In this document: positions 1 through 9,318 of the stretch, piece after piece
Position numbering within the stretch: the stretch's first letter is position 1
Layout: the number at the start of each line of letters is the position of its first letter
NCBI RefSeq assembly: GCF_000025505.1
Contig: NC_013849.1
Coordinates: forward strand, 1,350,001 to 1,382,000
Direction of reading: 5' to 3'
From: Ferroglobus placidus DSM 10642
Lineage (GTDB): Archaea > Halobacteriota > Archaeoglobi > Archaeoglobales > Archaeoglobaceae
Length of the DNA: 32,000 nt
The notes under the pieces: generated by a model
The model's database searches: none
The model's input: the letters and a program-made list of their open reading frames with translations, nothing else
Told to the model about the DNA's origin: nothing
Position numbers and translations under genes: made by a program

Positions 1-530
1 CTCACGTTCGGATCCTCTGCTGGCTGCTCTTCAAGCAGTTCCGAAAATTTTCCGGAAGTAAAACCATTGAGAGCTTCGGACCTGCTTGTAGATATTATCT
101 CTTCCACTTCCGTGCTTTCTTTAACGTTTTCGACAACACCTCTCATTTCATCGAGAGTTACAACAACCTTTGCTTTAGAGTCGGAAAGAATGTATTCTAC
201 CTCTTTTTCCTTGTACAAAGCGTTACAAGCCACAACAACTCCTCCAGCTGCGAGAGCTCCGTAGTAAGCTATGACGAATTGTGGAAGGTTTGGGAGGTAT
301 AAAGCCACTCTATCTCCCTTTTTAATTCCGAGGGAAAGCAGAAAATTTGCGAATTTGCTCGAAAGCTCAAGGAGCTTTTCGTAGGTGTAAGGATAATCCT
401 TGTACACGACGGCGCAATTTCCTGGGAACTTTTTAGCTGAAATCTTTAAGTTCTCGAAAAGGCTTCTCTCCGGATACTCAAGGCTTTTCGGAACATGCTT
501 CGGATAATGTTTGTACCAAGGAAACTCCAT
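1..530 (-). CDS. AMP-dependent acyl-CoA synthetase/ligase (FadD-like), N-terminal part; 3' end lies beyond the left edge
   Basis: Not in the ORF track because it has no stop in the window. My minus-strand translation from ATG 530-528 reads MEFPWYKHYPKHVPKSLEYPERSLFENLKISAKKFPGNCAVVYKDYPYTYEKLLELS...KGDRVALYLPNLPQFVIAYYGALAAGGVVVACN. This is the typical N-terminus of long-chain fatty-acid-CoA ligases. Confidence 0.75.
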   Translation of the reverse strand, partial: MEFPWYKHYPKHVPKSLEYPERSLFENLKISAKKFPGNCAVVYKDYPYTYEKLLELSSKFANFLLSLGIKKGDRVALYLPNLPQFVIAYYGALAAGGVVVACNALYKEKEVEYILSDSKAKVVVTLDEMRGVVENVKESTEVEEIISTSRSEALNGFTSGKFSELLEEQPAEDPNV

Positions 531-595
531 GGGAATCACCGCTCTTATCTATAATTTTTAATGATTTAAGATTTGCGAAGGCAAAGTTTTATGAA

Positions 596-1690
596 ATGCC
601 AACCAACCATCGGAAAATGAAAATCGTTCGTGGAATTTCAGAGCACGGCAAGAACGTTTCGAAAGCTGTAGATGAGATTTTAAAGAGCTTTCCGTTCGTA
701 AAGAAATTCGCCGAAGAAGTTAGGGAAGAGAAGAGGAAAGTTTTGAACGATTTAGATTACTGGATCGATAAAGCTATGAAGAATCTTGAGGAGAAGAACG
801 CTTACGTTTATCTTGCGAAAAAAGGTGAGGAGGCTAACAAAGTAGTGGGGGAAATCGTAGGCACGAACAAGCTCGTTGTAAAAGCTAAGTCGTCGGTGAG
901 CGATGAGCTATCTTTGAGGGATTTTTTAGAGAAGAACGGAAATGAGGTGTGGGAGACCGATTTAGGAGAGTTGATAGTTCAACTCGCAGAAGAAAAGCCG
1001 ATGCACATCGTAGCTCCGGCTATTCACTTCTCCGAAGAAGAAGCTAAGAGAATTCTCGGAAAAATCGGGATTAGAGGAAACTCTCCGGAGGAGTTAACTT
1101 ACGCTGTCAGATCCTTTATGAGGAACAAATTTTTGGAGGCTGACATCGGAATTTCCGGCTGTAACGCTTTCTCGGTCGAAAGCTCAAGTATTTTTTTAGT
1201 GGAAAACGAGGGCAACATAAGGCTCGTCTCTTCTCTGCCTAAGAAATACATCGCTATAGTTAGCTTGGAAAAAATCTTGCCGAAAGACGAGCTCTGTCTG
1301 AAATCTATCCTCGTTCAGTCGGCTTTCGCCGGAGTTTTTCCTCCAGCTTACATAAACATCAACAAGCCCAACAAGTATCAGGAGTTCCACGTAATATTCC
1401 TCGACAACGGAAGGACGTCTGATGAGAGGTTTAGAGAAGTTCTCCTCTGCGTAAAATGCGGGAGATGCCAGCTCGAATGTCCGATCTTTCAGCTTTTTGG
1501 CGTGAACTGGGGAGGAGTTTACGGAGGACCTATGGGAAGAATTTTAAGCTACCTGATAACCAGAAGAGCTGAGAGTGACATTTTTCTCTGCACGTCATGC
1601 AAAAAATGCGATTACGTTTGTCCCATGGGTATAGAGCTTTCGAAAATGGTTAGAAGAATAAAAATGGACGTTAAGAGAAGTTGGAGCTAA
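596..1690 (+). CDS. LUD-domain iron-sulfur protein (LutB/YkgF-like)
   Basis: 364-aa [52 protein letters not shown] and [26 protein letters not shown] match the LutB LUD core. Two ferredoxin-type clusters, [12 protein letters not shown] and [12 protein letters not shown]. The start could also be ATG 617. Confidence 0.8.
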   Translation: MPTNHRKMKIVRGISEHGKNVSKAVDEILKSFPFVKKFAEEVREEKRKVLNDLDYWIDKAMKNLEEKNAYVYLAKKGEEANKVVGEIVGTNKLVVKAKSSVSDELSLRDFLEKNGNEVWETDLGELIVQLAEEKPMHIVAPAIHFSEEEAKRILGKIGIRGNSPEELTYAVRSFMRNKFLEADIGISGCNAFSVESSSIFLVENEGNIRLVSSLPKKYIAIVSLEKILPKDELCLKSILVQSAFAGVFPPAYININKPNKYQEFHVIFLDNGRTSDERFREVLLCVKCGRCQLECPIFQLFGVNWGGVYGGPMGRILSYLITRRAESDIFLCTSCKKCDYVCPMGIELSKMVRRIKMDVKRSWS

Positions 1691-3336
1691 TTTAAAGAGG
1701 TTGTGGCTCCTTCTTCGGCGGAAGTTACGAGCTTGGAGTACTTAGCTAATAAACCTCTGTGCCTGATCTCCTTCGGCTTCCACTTCTCTCTCCTCTCTCT
1801 TAACTCCTCTTCGCTTATTTTTACGTTGAGCTTTCTGTTTGGAATGTCTATCTCTATGGCGTCTCCATCTTCTACTAATGCAATCGTCCCTCCAGCTAAA
1901 GCTTCCGGAGTTACGTGTCCAACAGCCGGACCTCTCGTCGCTCCGCTGAACCTTCCGTCGGTTATTAAAGCAACTCTCTCCAATCCCATTCCACTAATTG
2001 CTGCTGTTGGCAAAAGCATCTCCGGCATTCCCGCAGCTTTCGGACCCATGTACCTTATCACCACTACGTCTCCTTCCTCAATTTTCCCTCCGAGTATTGC
2101 ATCTAGAGCGTCCTTCTCAGAGTCGAAAACCTTCGCTTCTCCTTCAAATTTTCTCATCTCTTCATCAACAGCCGCAGCTTTTATCACCGCCTTTCCTAAA
2201 TTACCCTTCAGAATTGCTATTCCTCCTTCTTTGCTCAGCGGTTTTTCTGGAGAAGCGATTATGTCCCTTCCCCTCGCGAAAGCTTCTTCGGCAATTTCGT
2301 AGAGTCTCTTTCCGCTTACCGTCATCTCGTTGTGGAAGTACTCTTTCGCCTTTTTTATTATCATCGGCACTCCTCCGCTCTCGTCCAGATCTACAACCAT
2401 TTCATCGCTTGCCGGATCTAAGGCAACTAAGTGAGGAGTCTTTCTGCTTATCTCATCGAATTTATCGAGCTCGATTTTTATTCCAGCCTCTCTCGCTATC
2501 GCCGGAAGATGGAGAACAGTGTTAGTTGAGCCGCCGATCATCATGTCCATCGTTATAGCGTTCTCGAAACTGTTCTCGTTGACGATGTCCAGGGGTTTCA
2601 AATCTTGCTTGACCAATTCAACAACCCTCTTTCCAGCCTCTTTGGCAATTCTCAGTTTTCTCGACGAACTGCAGGGAGATGTGGAAGTGTAAGGTAGGCT
2701 TAAGCCGAGAGTTTCCGTGAGGATTTGCATCGTGTTCGCTGTATAAAGTCCCTGGCAGCTTCCGCAGTAAGCGGCACAATAGTTTTCGTAGAGCTTCAGC
2801 TCTTCCTCACTCAGCTCTCCGGCTTTGTACATTCCAGCTGCTTCGAAGGCGTGCTTTATCGACAGCTTTTTTCCGTTAAGCTTTTCCGGAATCATGGGTC
2901 CGGAAGTTACCACTATGGAGGGAATGTTCAGCCTCATCACAGCCATCAGCATTCCCGGAACGATCTTATCGCAGCTTCCAACAACCACAAGCCCGTCGAA
3001 CTGATGAGCTTCGACCATAGCCTCTATGGAGTCGGCAATAATCTCTCTCGATGGTAGGGAGTAGCTCATCCCCTTATGCCCCATCGCAATTCCGTCGCAT
3101 ATTCCTATTACTCCGAACTCAAAAGGAACTCCTCCTGCTGAAGCGATCCCAAGCTTTACGAACTGCGTTATCCTATCCAAACTCATGTGTCCGGGAACGA
3201 TTGTGTTGTAGGCGTTGGCTATTCCGATGAACGGCTTCTCAAAGTCGTCGTCGGTCAAACCTAAAGCTCTTAGAAGAGCTCTGTGGGCAACTCTGTCAAT
3301 TCCTTTTTTAACGATGTCACTCCTCATGTCTTTCAA
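1687..3336 (-). CDS. ilvD: Dihydroxy-acid dehydratase
   Basis: 549-aa ORF with ILVD/EDD hallmarks ([22 protein letters not shown]) and the N-terminal MRSDxxKKG motif. The start may be 3327. Its 4-nt 3' end overlaps the convergent LutB-like gene. Confidence 0.95.
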   Translation of the reverse strand: MKDMRSDIVKKGIDRVAHRALLRALGLTDDDFEKPFIGIANAYNTIVPGHMSLDRITQFVKLGIASAGGVPFEFGVIGICDGIAMGHKGMSYSLPSREIIADSIEAMVEAHQFDGLVVVGSCDKIVPGMLMAVMRLNIPSIVVTSGPMIPEKLNGKKLSIKHAFEAAGMYKAGELSEEELKLYENYCAAYCGSCQGLYTANTMQILTETLGLSLPYTSTSPCSSSRKLRIAKEAGKRVVELVKQDLKPLDIVNENSFENAITMDMMIGGSTNTVLHLPAIAREAGIKIELDKFDEISRKTPHLVALDPASDEMVVDLDESGGVPMIIKKAKEYFHNEMTVSGKRLYEIAEEAFARGRDIIASPEKPLSKEGGIAILKGNLGKAVIKAAAVDEEMRKFEGEAKVFDSEKDALDAILGGKIEEGDVVVIRYMGPKAAGMPEMLLPTAAISGMGLERVALITDGRFSGATRGPAVGHVTPEALAGGTIALVEDGDAIEIDIPNRKLNVKISEEELRERREKWKPKEIRHRGLLAKYSKLVTSAEEGATTSLN

Positions 3337-3357
3337 ATTCGCGAGCTCATTTAAAAA

Positions 3358-4011
3358 CTAATCGAACCTCAAACCGAGGGGTTTTAGGTTGTTGATTCTT
3401 GCGAGATTTATCAGCATCGGTGTGAGCCTTTCAACGATTCTCGAATTTTTCAGCTCCCCGAAATCTAAAGCCCGCAAACCCTCTATTTTGTTTACGACGT
3501 CCATAACAACTTTTTTCGCTTTCGCGTCATCCGAACAAACCAAAACGTCCCAGCTAAATTTCTCCTCCAAATTTGCAAATCTCTTAGCCGGAATGTTGTT
3601 GAAAGCTGAAACGACAAAACTTTCAGAGAGAATCGAAGCGAGCTTTTCTGCGGCTGAACTTCCATCAATTTCAACGTAACGAGCGAAACCGTTTTCGAAT
3701 CTCATAGGGACGAGGGGAGAAACGACTATTTTTTCAGATAAAGCATTTTTGAGCTTTCCAGCAGTTTCGAAAGCGTGTTCCCAAGGGATAGTAATTATCG
3801 AAACGTCGGAGATTTTAGCAGCTTTTTCATTTTCGACCCCGATTATTCCTCCGCCCCCGAATTTTTCGGCAACCTCGTTGTATTCTTCGGCGAGCTTTTT
3901 AGCCTTCTCCTCCTTCCTCGACCCAACAAAAACGTCGAAGCCGGCGAGATCGAGCCTTATCGCAAGCCCTTTTCCCAAGTTTCCAGTGCCACCAAGTATC
4001 GAAATTTTCAT
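3358..4011 (-). CDS. fno: F420H2:NADP+ oxidoreductase (NADPH-dependent F420 reductase)
   Basis: 217 aa. Rossmann motif ILGGTGNLGKGLA and ITIPWEHA. Close end-to-end resemblance, from memory, to Archaeoglobus fulgidus Fno. Confidence 0.85.
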   Translation of the reverse strand: MKISILGGTGNLGKGLAIRLDLAGFDVFVGSRKEEKAKKLAEEYNEVAEKFGGGGIIGVENEKAAKISDVSIITIPWEHAFETAGKLKNALSEKIVVSPLVPMRFENGFARYVEIDGSSAAEKLASILSESFVVSAFNNIPAKRFANLEEKFSWDVLVCSDDAKAKKVVMDVVNKIEGLRALDFGELKNSRIVERLTPMLINLARINNLKPLGLRFD

Positions 4012-4082
4012 GGAGGCAGAAAAGCTTGAAGAATTAAAACGTTAACGGAATATTTTTATCTCCTCTCAAAGTCTCCAAGCTG

Positions 4083-4880
4083 ATGATCGTGGATTTCCAC
4101 GTTCACGTTTACGAAAAGCCTTGGCACCCTTGGGTTATGGAATATCTTAAGAGAATGAACCCCGGTTTTGATTTCGAGATGAGCAAAGAAAATCTGCTTA
4201 AAATCTTAGATGATGCTGAAGTTGATTACGCTGTTATTCTTGCCGAAGACGCTCCGGCAGTTACTGGAGTCGTGACGAACGAATTTGTGGCTAAATTTTG
4301 CGAAGGTGAAGAGAAGTTGATTCCTTTCGCTTCCCTCAATCCAAAAACTTCTACCGTCGAAGACTTGGAAAGGGCTTACGAGCTTGGGTGCAGGGGTTTA
4401 AAGCTTTTGCCTTCCTACATGTTCTTCTACCCTAACGACAGAGAAGTCTACAAATTCTACGAAAAAGCAGCGGAATTGAAAATGCCGGTGATGTTTCACA
4501 CGGGCACCTCTGTTTTTAAAAACGTGAGGCAGAAGTATGCGGATCCGATTTACTTGGACGACGTAGCCACGGACTTCCCGGATTTAAAAATAATTTTAGC
4601 TCATTCTGGAAGAGGAATGTGGTATGAAAAGGCTTTCATGCTCGCAAGAATTCACGAAAACGTCTACCTCGAAATTTCCGGCTTGCCTCCTAAGAGGTTG
4701 CTCTATTACTTTCCGAGGATAGAGGAAGTTGAGGACAAGGTAATTTTCGGCAGCGACTTCCCCGGAGCGAACATAAAAGAGAACATAAGGATAATAAAGT
4801 CCCTTCCGATAAGCAAAAGAGCTAAGGAGAAGATTTTGGGAATTAACGCAGCCAAAATTCTCGGATTGAAAAGTAAGTAA
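4083..4880 (+). CDS. Metal-dependent amidohydrolase-family hydrolase (TIM barrel)
   Basis: 265 aa. N-terminal HxH metal site (MIVDFHVHV), then ILAHSGRG and FGSDFPG, typical of the amidohydrolase-2 family. Confidence 0.75.
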   Translation: MIVDFHVHVYEKPWHPWVMEYLKRMNPGFDFEMSKENLLKILDDAEVDYAVILAEDAPAVTGVVTNEFVAKFCEGEEKLIPFASLNPKTSTVEDLERAYELGCRGLKLLPSYMFFYPNDREVYKFYEKAAELKMPVMFHTGTSVFKNVRQKYADPIYLDDVATDFPDLKIILAHSGRGMWYEKAFMLARIHENVYLEISGLPPKRLLYYFPRIEEVEDKVIFGSDFPGANIKENIRIIKSLPISKRAKEKILGINAAKILGLKSK

Positions 4881-5014
4881 GTCTTTTACCAGTTTTCGGA
4901 AAAACCGTAAATCGCCCAGTTGAAAATTTTGAGTATCTGTAGTGGTGTATTGTATCCAATGCGTGGCGAAACGTGAAGCCAATCTTTTTATGTTTTTTTG
5001 CAAAAATAACCTTC

Positions 5015-5404
5015 ATGGAGGAAATTCAAGCTTTAATCTTAGCCACGATTTTCGGAGGAATTGTCGGCTACGAGAGGATGAAAGTTCACAAGCCGGCAGG
5101 ACTGAGAACGCACATGCTCGTAGCCCTCGGCTCTTGCTTATTCATGATCATCTCGACGAAATTCTTTGGAGATCCGGCAAGAATAGCAAGCGGAGTTGTT
5201 TCCGGGATAGGATTCATTGGAGCCGGTACGATAATTGCTGAGAGGAGAGAAACAACTAAAATCGTTGGAATAACCACCGCTGCGAGTTTGTGGGTTACCG
5301 CAGCGATAGGCATGAGTGTGGGGATGGGAGAATATGGGATTGCTGCGATAACGACGCTGCTAACCTTCCTGATTCTTCAGCTTAAGAGAGTTGAAAAGGA
5401 CTAA
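5015..5404 (+). CDS. MgtC/SapB-family membrane protein
   Basis: FGGIVGYER and GLRTHMLVALGS motifs with 4 hydrophobic segments. ATG 5015 is preferred over ORF-track start 4973, whose extra 14 aa are not family-like. Confidence 0.8.
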   Translation: MEEIQALILATIFGGIVGYERMKVHKPAGLRTHMLVALGSCLFMIISTKFFGDPARIASGVVSGIGFIGAGTIIAERRETTKIVGITTAASLWVTAAIGMSVGMGEYGIAAITTLLTFLILQLKRVEKD

Positions 5405-6162
5405 ATTAGAGTCTTTACTCTCTTTACGATTTCTGGCATTACTTCTCCGGCTTTTCCCCTTATGACCACGTCAAAGATGTGGTCTTTCATCGTAGGCTCC
5501 AGATTTACTATTATCAGCTTAGCTCCGTGCTCCTTGGCTATTACTGGCAGATACGCGGCAGGATATACTACAAGCGAAGATCCGACGACTATGAACACGT
5601 CAGCCCTTCTGCTTTCCTCCATTGCCTCGCTTAAAACGTTCGAGGGAAGAGGTTCTCCGAAAAATACGACCCTCGGTTTTAAGTAGATAGAGCCGCACTC
5701 GCATCTGATTTTGTCGATCTCCCCTTTTTCGAGAAATCTCTCTATCTCTTCCCACTTGTAGGTTTTTCCGCAGTCCAAACAGTCCACGTACTGCATTGAG
5801 CCGTGCAACTCGAGAACTCTTTTGCTTCCCGCTCTTTGATGAAGCATGTCGATGTTCTGAGTTATGACAGCCTTAACGAGCCCCATCTTTTCGAGCTCGG
5901 CTATCGCATAATGAGCGGGATTGGGCTGAGCTTTAACCTTGACTATCAGCTCTCTCGAAAATTCCCAGAACTTCCTCGGATTTCTCCTGAATCCGTAAAT
6001 TGAAGCAACCTCGTCTGGATCCCATCTCCTCCACAATCCGTCATTTCCTCTGAAAGTCGGTATACCGCTTTCAGCTGAAACTCCGGCTCCGGTAAAAACA
6101 ACGCCATGTTTTGCTTTTGCGATTATCTTTGCAGCCTTTTCGATTTCGTCGAAGCTCTCCAT
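5401..6162 (-). CDS. cobB: NAD-dependent protein deacetylase, Sir2 family
   Basis: 253 aa. GAGVSAESGIPTFRG, QNIDMLHQRAG, Zn ribbon CLDCG...CECGS and GSSLVVYPAA. Confidence 0.9.
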   Translation of the reverse strand: MESFDEIEKAAKIIAKAKHGVVFTGAGVSAESGIPTFRGNDGLWRRWDPDEVASIYGFRRNPRKFWEFSRELIVKVKAQPNPAHYAIAELEKMGLVKAVITQNIDMLHQRAGSKRVLELHGSMQYVDCLDCGKTYKWEEIERFLEKGEIDKIRCECGSIYLKPRVVFFGEPLPSNVLSEAMEESRRADVFIVVGSSLVVYPAAYLPVIAKEHGAKLIIVNLEPTMKDHIFDVVIRGKAGEVMPEIVKRVKTLI

Positions 6163-6309
6163 GTGCTAACTTTCGAAGAAACTCTATTTATAATTTCATT
6201 TATTGCGGTTTTGTGATGTCGCGTTACTAAGGATTAAAATCTCAACGAGCTTGCTGCGAGGTTCAATATAAGGAAAAAAATTTTAAGAAATAAAAATTTG
6301 CAAAGGTAT

Positions 6310-7071
6310 ATGGAAAAGGGAATGGATATTCTTAAAACTCTGACGTCCACACCTTCAAAGCTCAGGATACTTGAATTGCTGAAATCTGAGAAAGATTTGG
6401 CTGAAATTTCCGAAAGTATCGGAAAGGCAAAGCAAACTGTTGTGTCGCATTTAAAAGCTCTGATCGAGTTGGGACTTGTAGAAAGAGACGGAGAGATCTA
6501 CAAGCTATCAAAGATAGGAGAACTCGTTTACAAAAAGCTCTTGGACGATGTTAGGTTCTTCGAAGTCATCGCCAACCTGAGGGACTTCTTGAAAGAACAC
6601 GATGTCTCTCCAGTCCCCGATGGTCTGCTGAGCAGAATTCACATGCTTCACTCTGGAGAGGTTTTCGTTAAAGACAACCCCTACGAGTTTCACCGGGAAT
6701 GGCTGAACATCTTGCTGAAATCAAGCTGGATTTACGGTTTGGCATCTGTGTATCATACAGAGTTTCCAAGGCTGTTTAACGAGCTGTCAGAGAAAAAGGA
6801 GGTTAGGCTGATTGTAACCGAAGACGTATTTGAAAAGGTTAAGGGGTTGAGTGAAAGAGAGTTGAACGAATTTTTAAAGAGGGGAGAGATGTTCGTGTGC
6901 AAAAACGTTAAGTTAACCTTCGTTGTTGCTGAAAAGGGTTTTACGATGAATTTATACCGAGATTCGTACGACGCCTCTCAGATCCTCGTATGCAAGACGA
7001 AAGATGCGGTGAAATGGGGTCTGGAGTTATTCAGGCACTACTTAACTCAATCAAGAAAGGTTGAATTATGA
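6310..7071 (+). CDS. ArsR-type winged-HTH transcriptional regulator with a long C-terminal domain (DUF1724/FilR1-like architecture, tentative)
   Basis: The ORF opens at TTG 6298; the first ATG is at 6310. wHTH segment LRILELLKSEKDLAEISESIGKAKQTVVSHLKALIELGLVERDG, followed by a C-terminal domain of about 170 aa. The domain family is recalled, not searched. Confidence 0.65.
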   Translation: MEKGMDILKTLTSTPSKLRILELLKSEKDLAEISESIGKAKQTVVSHLKALIELGLVERDGEIYKLSKIGELVYKKLLDDVRFFEVIANLRDFLKEHDVSPVPDGLLSRIHMLHSGEVFVKDNPYEFHREWLNILLKSSWIYGLASVYHTEFPRLFNELSEKKEVRLIVTEDVFEKVKGLSERELNEFLKRGEMFVCKNVKLTFVVAEKGFTMNLYRDSYDASQILVCKTKDAVKWGLELFRHYLTQSRKVEL

Positions 7072-7705
7072 ATTCTGCCTGAGCGATTTTAGGCTTGATT
7101 TTCCATATGCAAAAGAGTCCAGATGTCAGGCTGAACAGATACGGTGTGAGTGGTAGAAACGAAAAGATCAGCCCATGAAAAGTGAAGTGTACAAACAGCA
7201 GGAAATAAACCGCTCTTTCTCCTAAAATTGCAGGAATTGTTATGATACCATTTTTCAAATCGTCTTCCACGTCCCTGAAATCATTTAAAATCGTTATTAT
7301 GAAGCTCTTAACTGCGAAGAAGGCGATAATAAAGCTTCCAATCTTGGAATAAAATGCTATAACAGTTCCCCACGTTAAGGCAGTGACAATGTTCTTTATA
7401 CCGTATCCTCCTTTCAGTCTGACACCTTTTATGCCCTTTGAGTACATGAAACCGATGAATAAAGCGAGCAAGGGGACGGCTGGATTGTTAGAAAGTGCAA
7501 TCGCTGCCGATACGAAAATTAGGGCTGCAATCAATCCTTGCTTTGAGATGTAATCGAAACTTCTGTCGAGGGTGTAAATTGAAAGTACGACAAGCGAAAA
7601 AGCCAATGACAGCTCCAGATCAAACATGCCAGCTATTTTCTGAGCAAACAGAACTCTGAAGAATGCTGAGACTACAACGAACATGGAAGCCTTCACAGCT
7701 TCCAT
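7031..7705 (-). CDS. UbiA-family prenyltransferase (short form)
   Basis: Polytopic membrane ORF with two Asp-rich motifs, YTLDRSFDY and LNDFRDVEDDLKNG. Start taken at ATG 7705, because the 25-aa upstream extension to 7780 overlaps a repeat array and looks non-coding. Confidence 0.6.
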   Translation of the reverse strand: MEAVKASMFVVVSAFFRVLFAQKIAGMFDLELSLAFSLVVLSIYTLDRSFDYISKQGLIAALIFVSAAIALSNNPAVPLLALFIGFMYSKGIKGVRLKGGYGIKNIVTALTWGTVIAFYSKIGSFIIAFFAVKSFIITILNDFRDVEDDLKNGIITIPAILGERAVYFLLFVHFTFHGLIFSFLPLTPYLFSLTSGLFCIWKIKPKIAQAEFIIQPFLIELSSA

Positions 7706-7763
7706 ACCCAATTCTTTGCGAAGCCCTATTTTTCGATAACTCCCCAAATCGTTCGGTCGGCAC

Positions 7764-7828
7764 CGAATATTCGATGTCAATCGAATGATTCGATGTCGAT
7801 TAAAAAAATTCGGAGTATATCGAATGTT
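7764..7828. promoter_or_regulatory. Cluster of six CGAAT/ATTCG pentamers including two perfect palindromes; putative operator array in a divergent promoter region
   Basis: CGAATATTCG is a 10-bp palindrome at 7764-7773. ATCGAATGATTCGAT is a 15-bp palindrome at 7780-7794. ATTCGATGTC is repeated at 7769-7778 and 7788-7797. Extra half-sites are ATTCG 7808-7812 and CGAAT 7821-7825. Confidence 0.5.
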
Positions 7829-7908
7829 AAAATTTGTTCGGACATTAAAAGATAATGAAAAGAAAAATTTAAATAATTGAACTGGGTTAGGTGTTTCAGG
7901 TGATTAAA

Positions 7909-8640
7909 ATGTCACAAAAATCTGAGAGACGCAAAATGGAGATGTGGAATACACACGAGTATGAATTCGTGCCTGGCACAATATTGGACAGAAAAACAGG
8001 ACGAAGAATTTTCATTAAAAATATTCTGGCAGTGGGAGCTTTTGCACTTGGAATGAGATTGCCTATAATTGAACGAGTCTCGGGCGCGGTAGCATACTGG
8101 GACACCCCGCCGTACACCTACTACTATTCAGAAAAGAGTTCATCAGGTTGGGCTGGCGCTAACGTTTCGCAGGATCCTGAGACAGGTAAAATCCTAATGG
8201 ATTGTTATGCAAATGCTTGGGGTTCAGCATATGCTATGGCATATTATGACACGAATTATGCATACCCAGCAAATAAAAATGATTACGTTACATTCGCGGG
8301 AGAGTTGAAGCTAGATGGATATCTCACCGCTACCGGGAATGCAGGGTCAACTCTTGAGATATGGGTGATTGGCGCGTCATCGAATCCGGACATCGGAGTG
8401 TTATTCGAAGAAAAAGATAAAAGTTACTCTGGACCGGACACATGGAATAACAGTATTGTAAACGTGTCATACGTATATCAAGTACCTGCAACAGATTATT
8501 ATTGGACGCAGATAAAAGTGGTAACCGATGATTGGGCTTACTACATCCCTAACCAATCCAACTACGCTTCGACGAAGTTCACAGGGAGTAACGCAAATAA
8601 CGAAGGGATATGGGTGAACAAAATTGGAGTCATTGTATAA
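7909..8640 (+). CDS. Hypothetical secreted protein with a twin-arginine (Tat) signal; Tyr/Trp/Asn-rich mature domain
   Basis: ATG 7909 is preceded by the SD-like GGTGAT. TGRRIFIKNILAVGAFALGM matches S/T-RRxFLK plus an h-region (RR codons at 8002-8007), with a possible AVA cleavage site. The mature part is rich in aromatic residues, Asn, Ser and Thr and looks beta-rich. I recognise no family. Confidence 0.6.
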   Translation: MSQKSERRKMEMWNTHEYEFVPGTILDRKTGRRIFIKNILAVGAFALGMRLPIIERVSGAVAYWDTPPYTYYYSEKSSSGWAGANVSQDPETGKILMDCYANAWGSAYAMAYYDTNYAYPANKNDYVTFAGELKLDGYLTATGNAGSTLEIWVIGASSNPDIGVLFEEKDKSYSGPDTWNNSIVNVSYVYQVPATDYYWTQIKVVTDDWAYYIPNQSNYASTKFTGSNANNEGIWVNKIGVIV

Positions 8641-8653
8641 AGGGTGTGATACT

Positions 8654-9022
8654 ATGATTTCGAGAAAGCCGATAAGAAGGGGGGAACCCAAGTCCGTTAA
8701 TGTAGAAAAAGACGTAGAAATTCCCGTATTTGGCAACGGAGGCGTATTCCCTTACAAAGCTCTAGAAAGGAGATTGCAATTGGTACAATTTCCAATTAGA
8801 AGTGAAAGCGATCTTCTTTATGCAATAGGCGTCATAGAACCCAACTCAAACAAAGGACTGAGAATGATTAAAGCTGCGAAATTCATGAAAAAAATTTCTG
8901 ATAGCATTATAGGTTCGCTAAAAAATGATTTTCCATTTGAAAACGCAGAGACATTAATAAACAAGATACGAGAAAGAGACCCAAAAATAACAGTGCACAT
9001 CAGTGGTAAAGGCAAGGTCTAA
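8654..9022 (+). CDS. Hypothetical protein with a C-terminal MTH865-like domain (tentative)
   Basis: ATG 8654 follows an AGGGTG SD; ORF-track start 8624 is a TTG. The pattern VQFPIRSESDLL...DFPFENAETLINKI recalls the FPI...DFPF.sAE signature of the MTH865-like family (from memory). Very AT-rich coding. Confidence 0.5.
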   Translation: MISRKPIRRGEPKSVNVEKDVEIPVFGNGGVFPYKALERRLQLVQFPIRSESDLLYAIGVIEPNSNKGLRMIKAAKFMKKISDSIIGSLKNDFPFENAETLINKIRERDPKITVHISGKGKV

Positions 9023-9039
9023 AGGTTTGGTGGGGAAAA

Positions 9040-9318
9040 ATGAATTTAGTCCTTTTTTCTTTGCTCAATTTCCTCATCTGGCTCGTAATTCCAGCATACT
9101 GCATTTATCTGTACCTCACAAGGCGATTAAAAGGTGCATTGGTAATCGCCGCCGGATTTGCTACGCAAATGGCTGTAAGTTTGCTGCTTCCGGTTTTTAC
9201 TGGTGGTACAATTCAGAATGCTCAGATCTTCATGTTTGCAATTCTGCTCTTTAGTAACGTCATTCTGGCTGTGCTTTTCATCTACGGGTTGCATCTGCTC
9301 GTAAAAGATGGAGTGTAG
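9040..9318 (+). CDS. Small membrane protein (3 predicted TM helices)
   Basis: 92-aa ORF. GGTGGGG SD lies 6 nt upstream. Three hydrophobic stretches separated by RRLK and GGTIQN loops. Follows the previous gene after 17 nt. Confidence 0.55.
   Translation: MNLVLFSLLNFLIWLVIPAYCIYLYLTRRLKGALVIAAGFATQMAVSLLLPVFTGGTIQNAQIFMFAILLFSNVILAVLFIYGLHLLVKDGV

Noticed and set aside
1703-2525. Long plus-strand ORFs (199 aa and 175 aa) inside the ilvD region.
   Set aside because: They are antisense shadows of a strongly supported ilvD gene. Their translations are low-complexity and Ser/Leu/Pro-rich, with no family features.
5401-6162. Sir2 and HerA occur in one window. I considered a Sir2-HerA type anti-phage system.
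   Set aside because: The two genes are about 12 kb apart in different operons. The Sir2 is a canonical CobB-type sirtuin with a Zn ribbon and all NAD motifs. The HerA is embedded in the mre11-rad50-nurA repair operon.
7031-7071. The 41-nt convergent overlap between the ArsR-type regulator and the UbiA-like gene, as possible antisense regulation.
   Set aside because: Convergent 3' overlaps are frequent in this compact genome (ilvD/LutB-like, MgtC/Sir2, REase/MTase). Nothing else supports a regulatory role.
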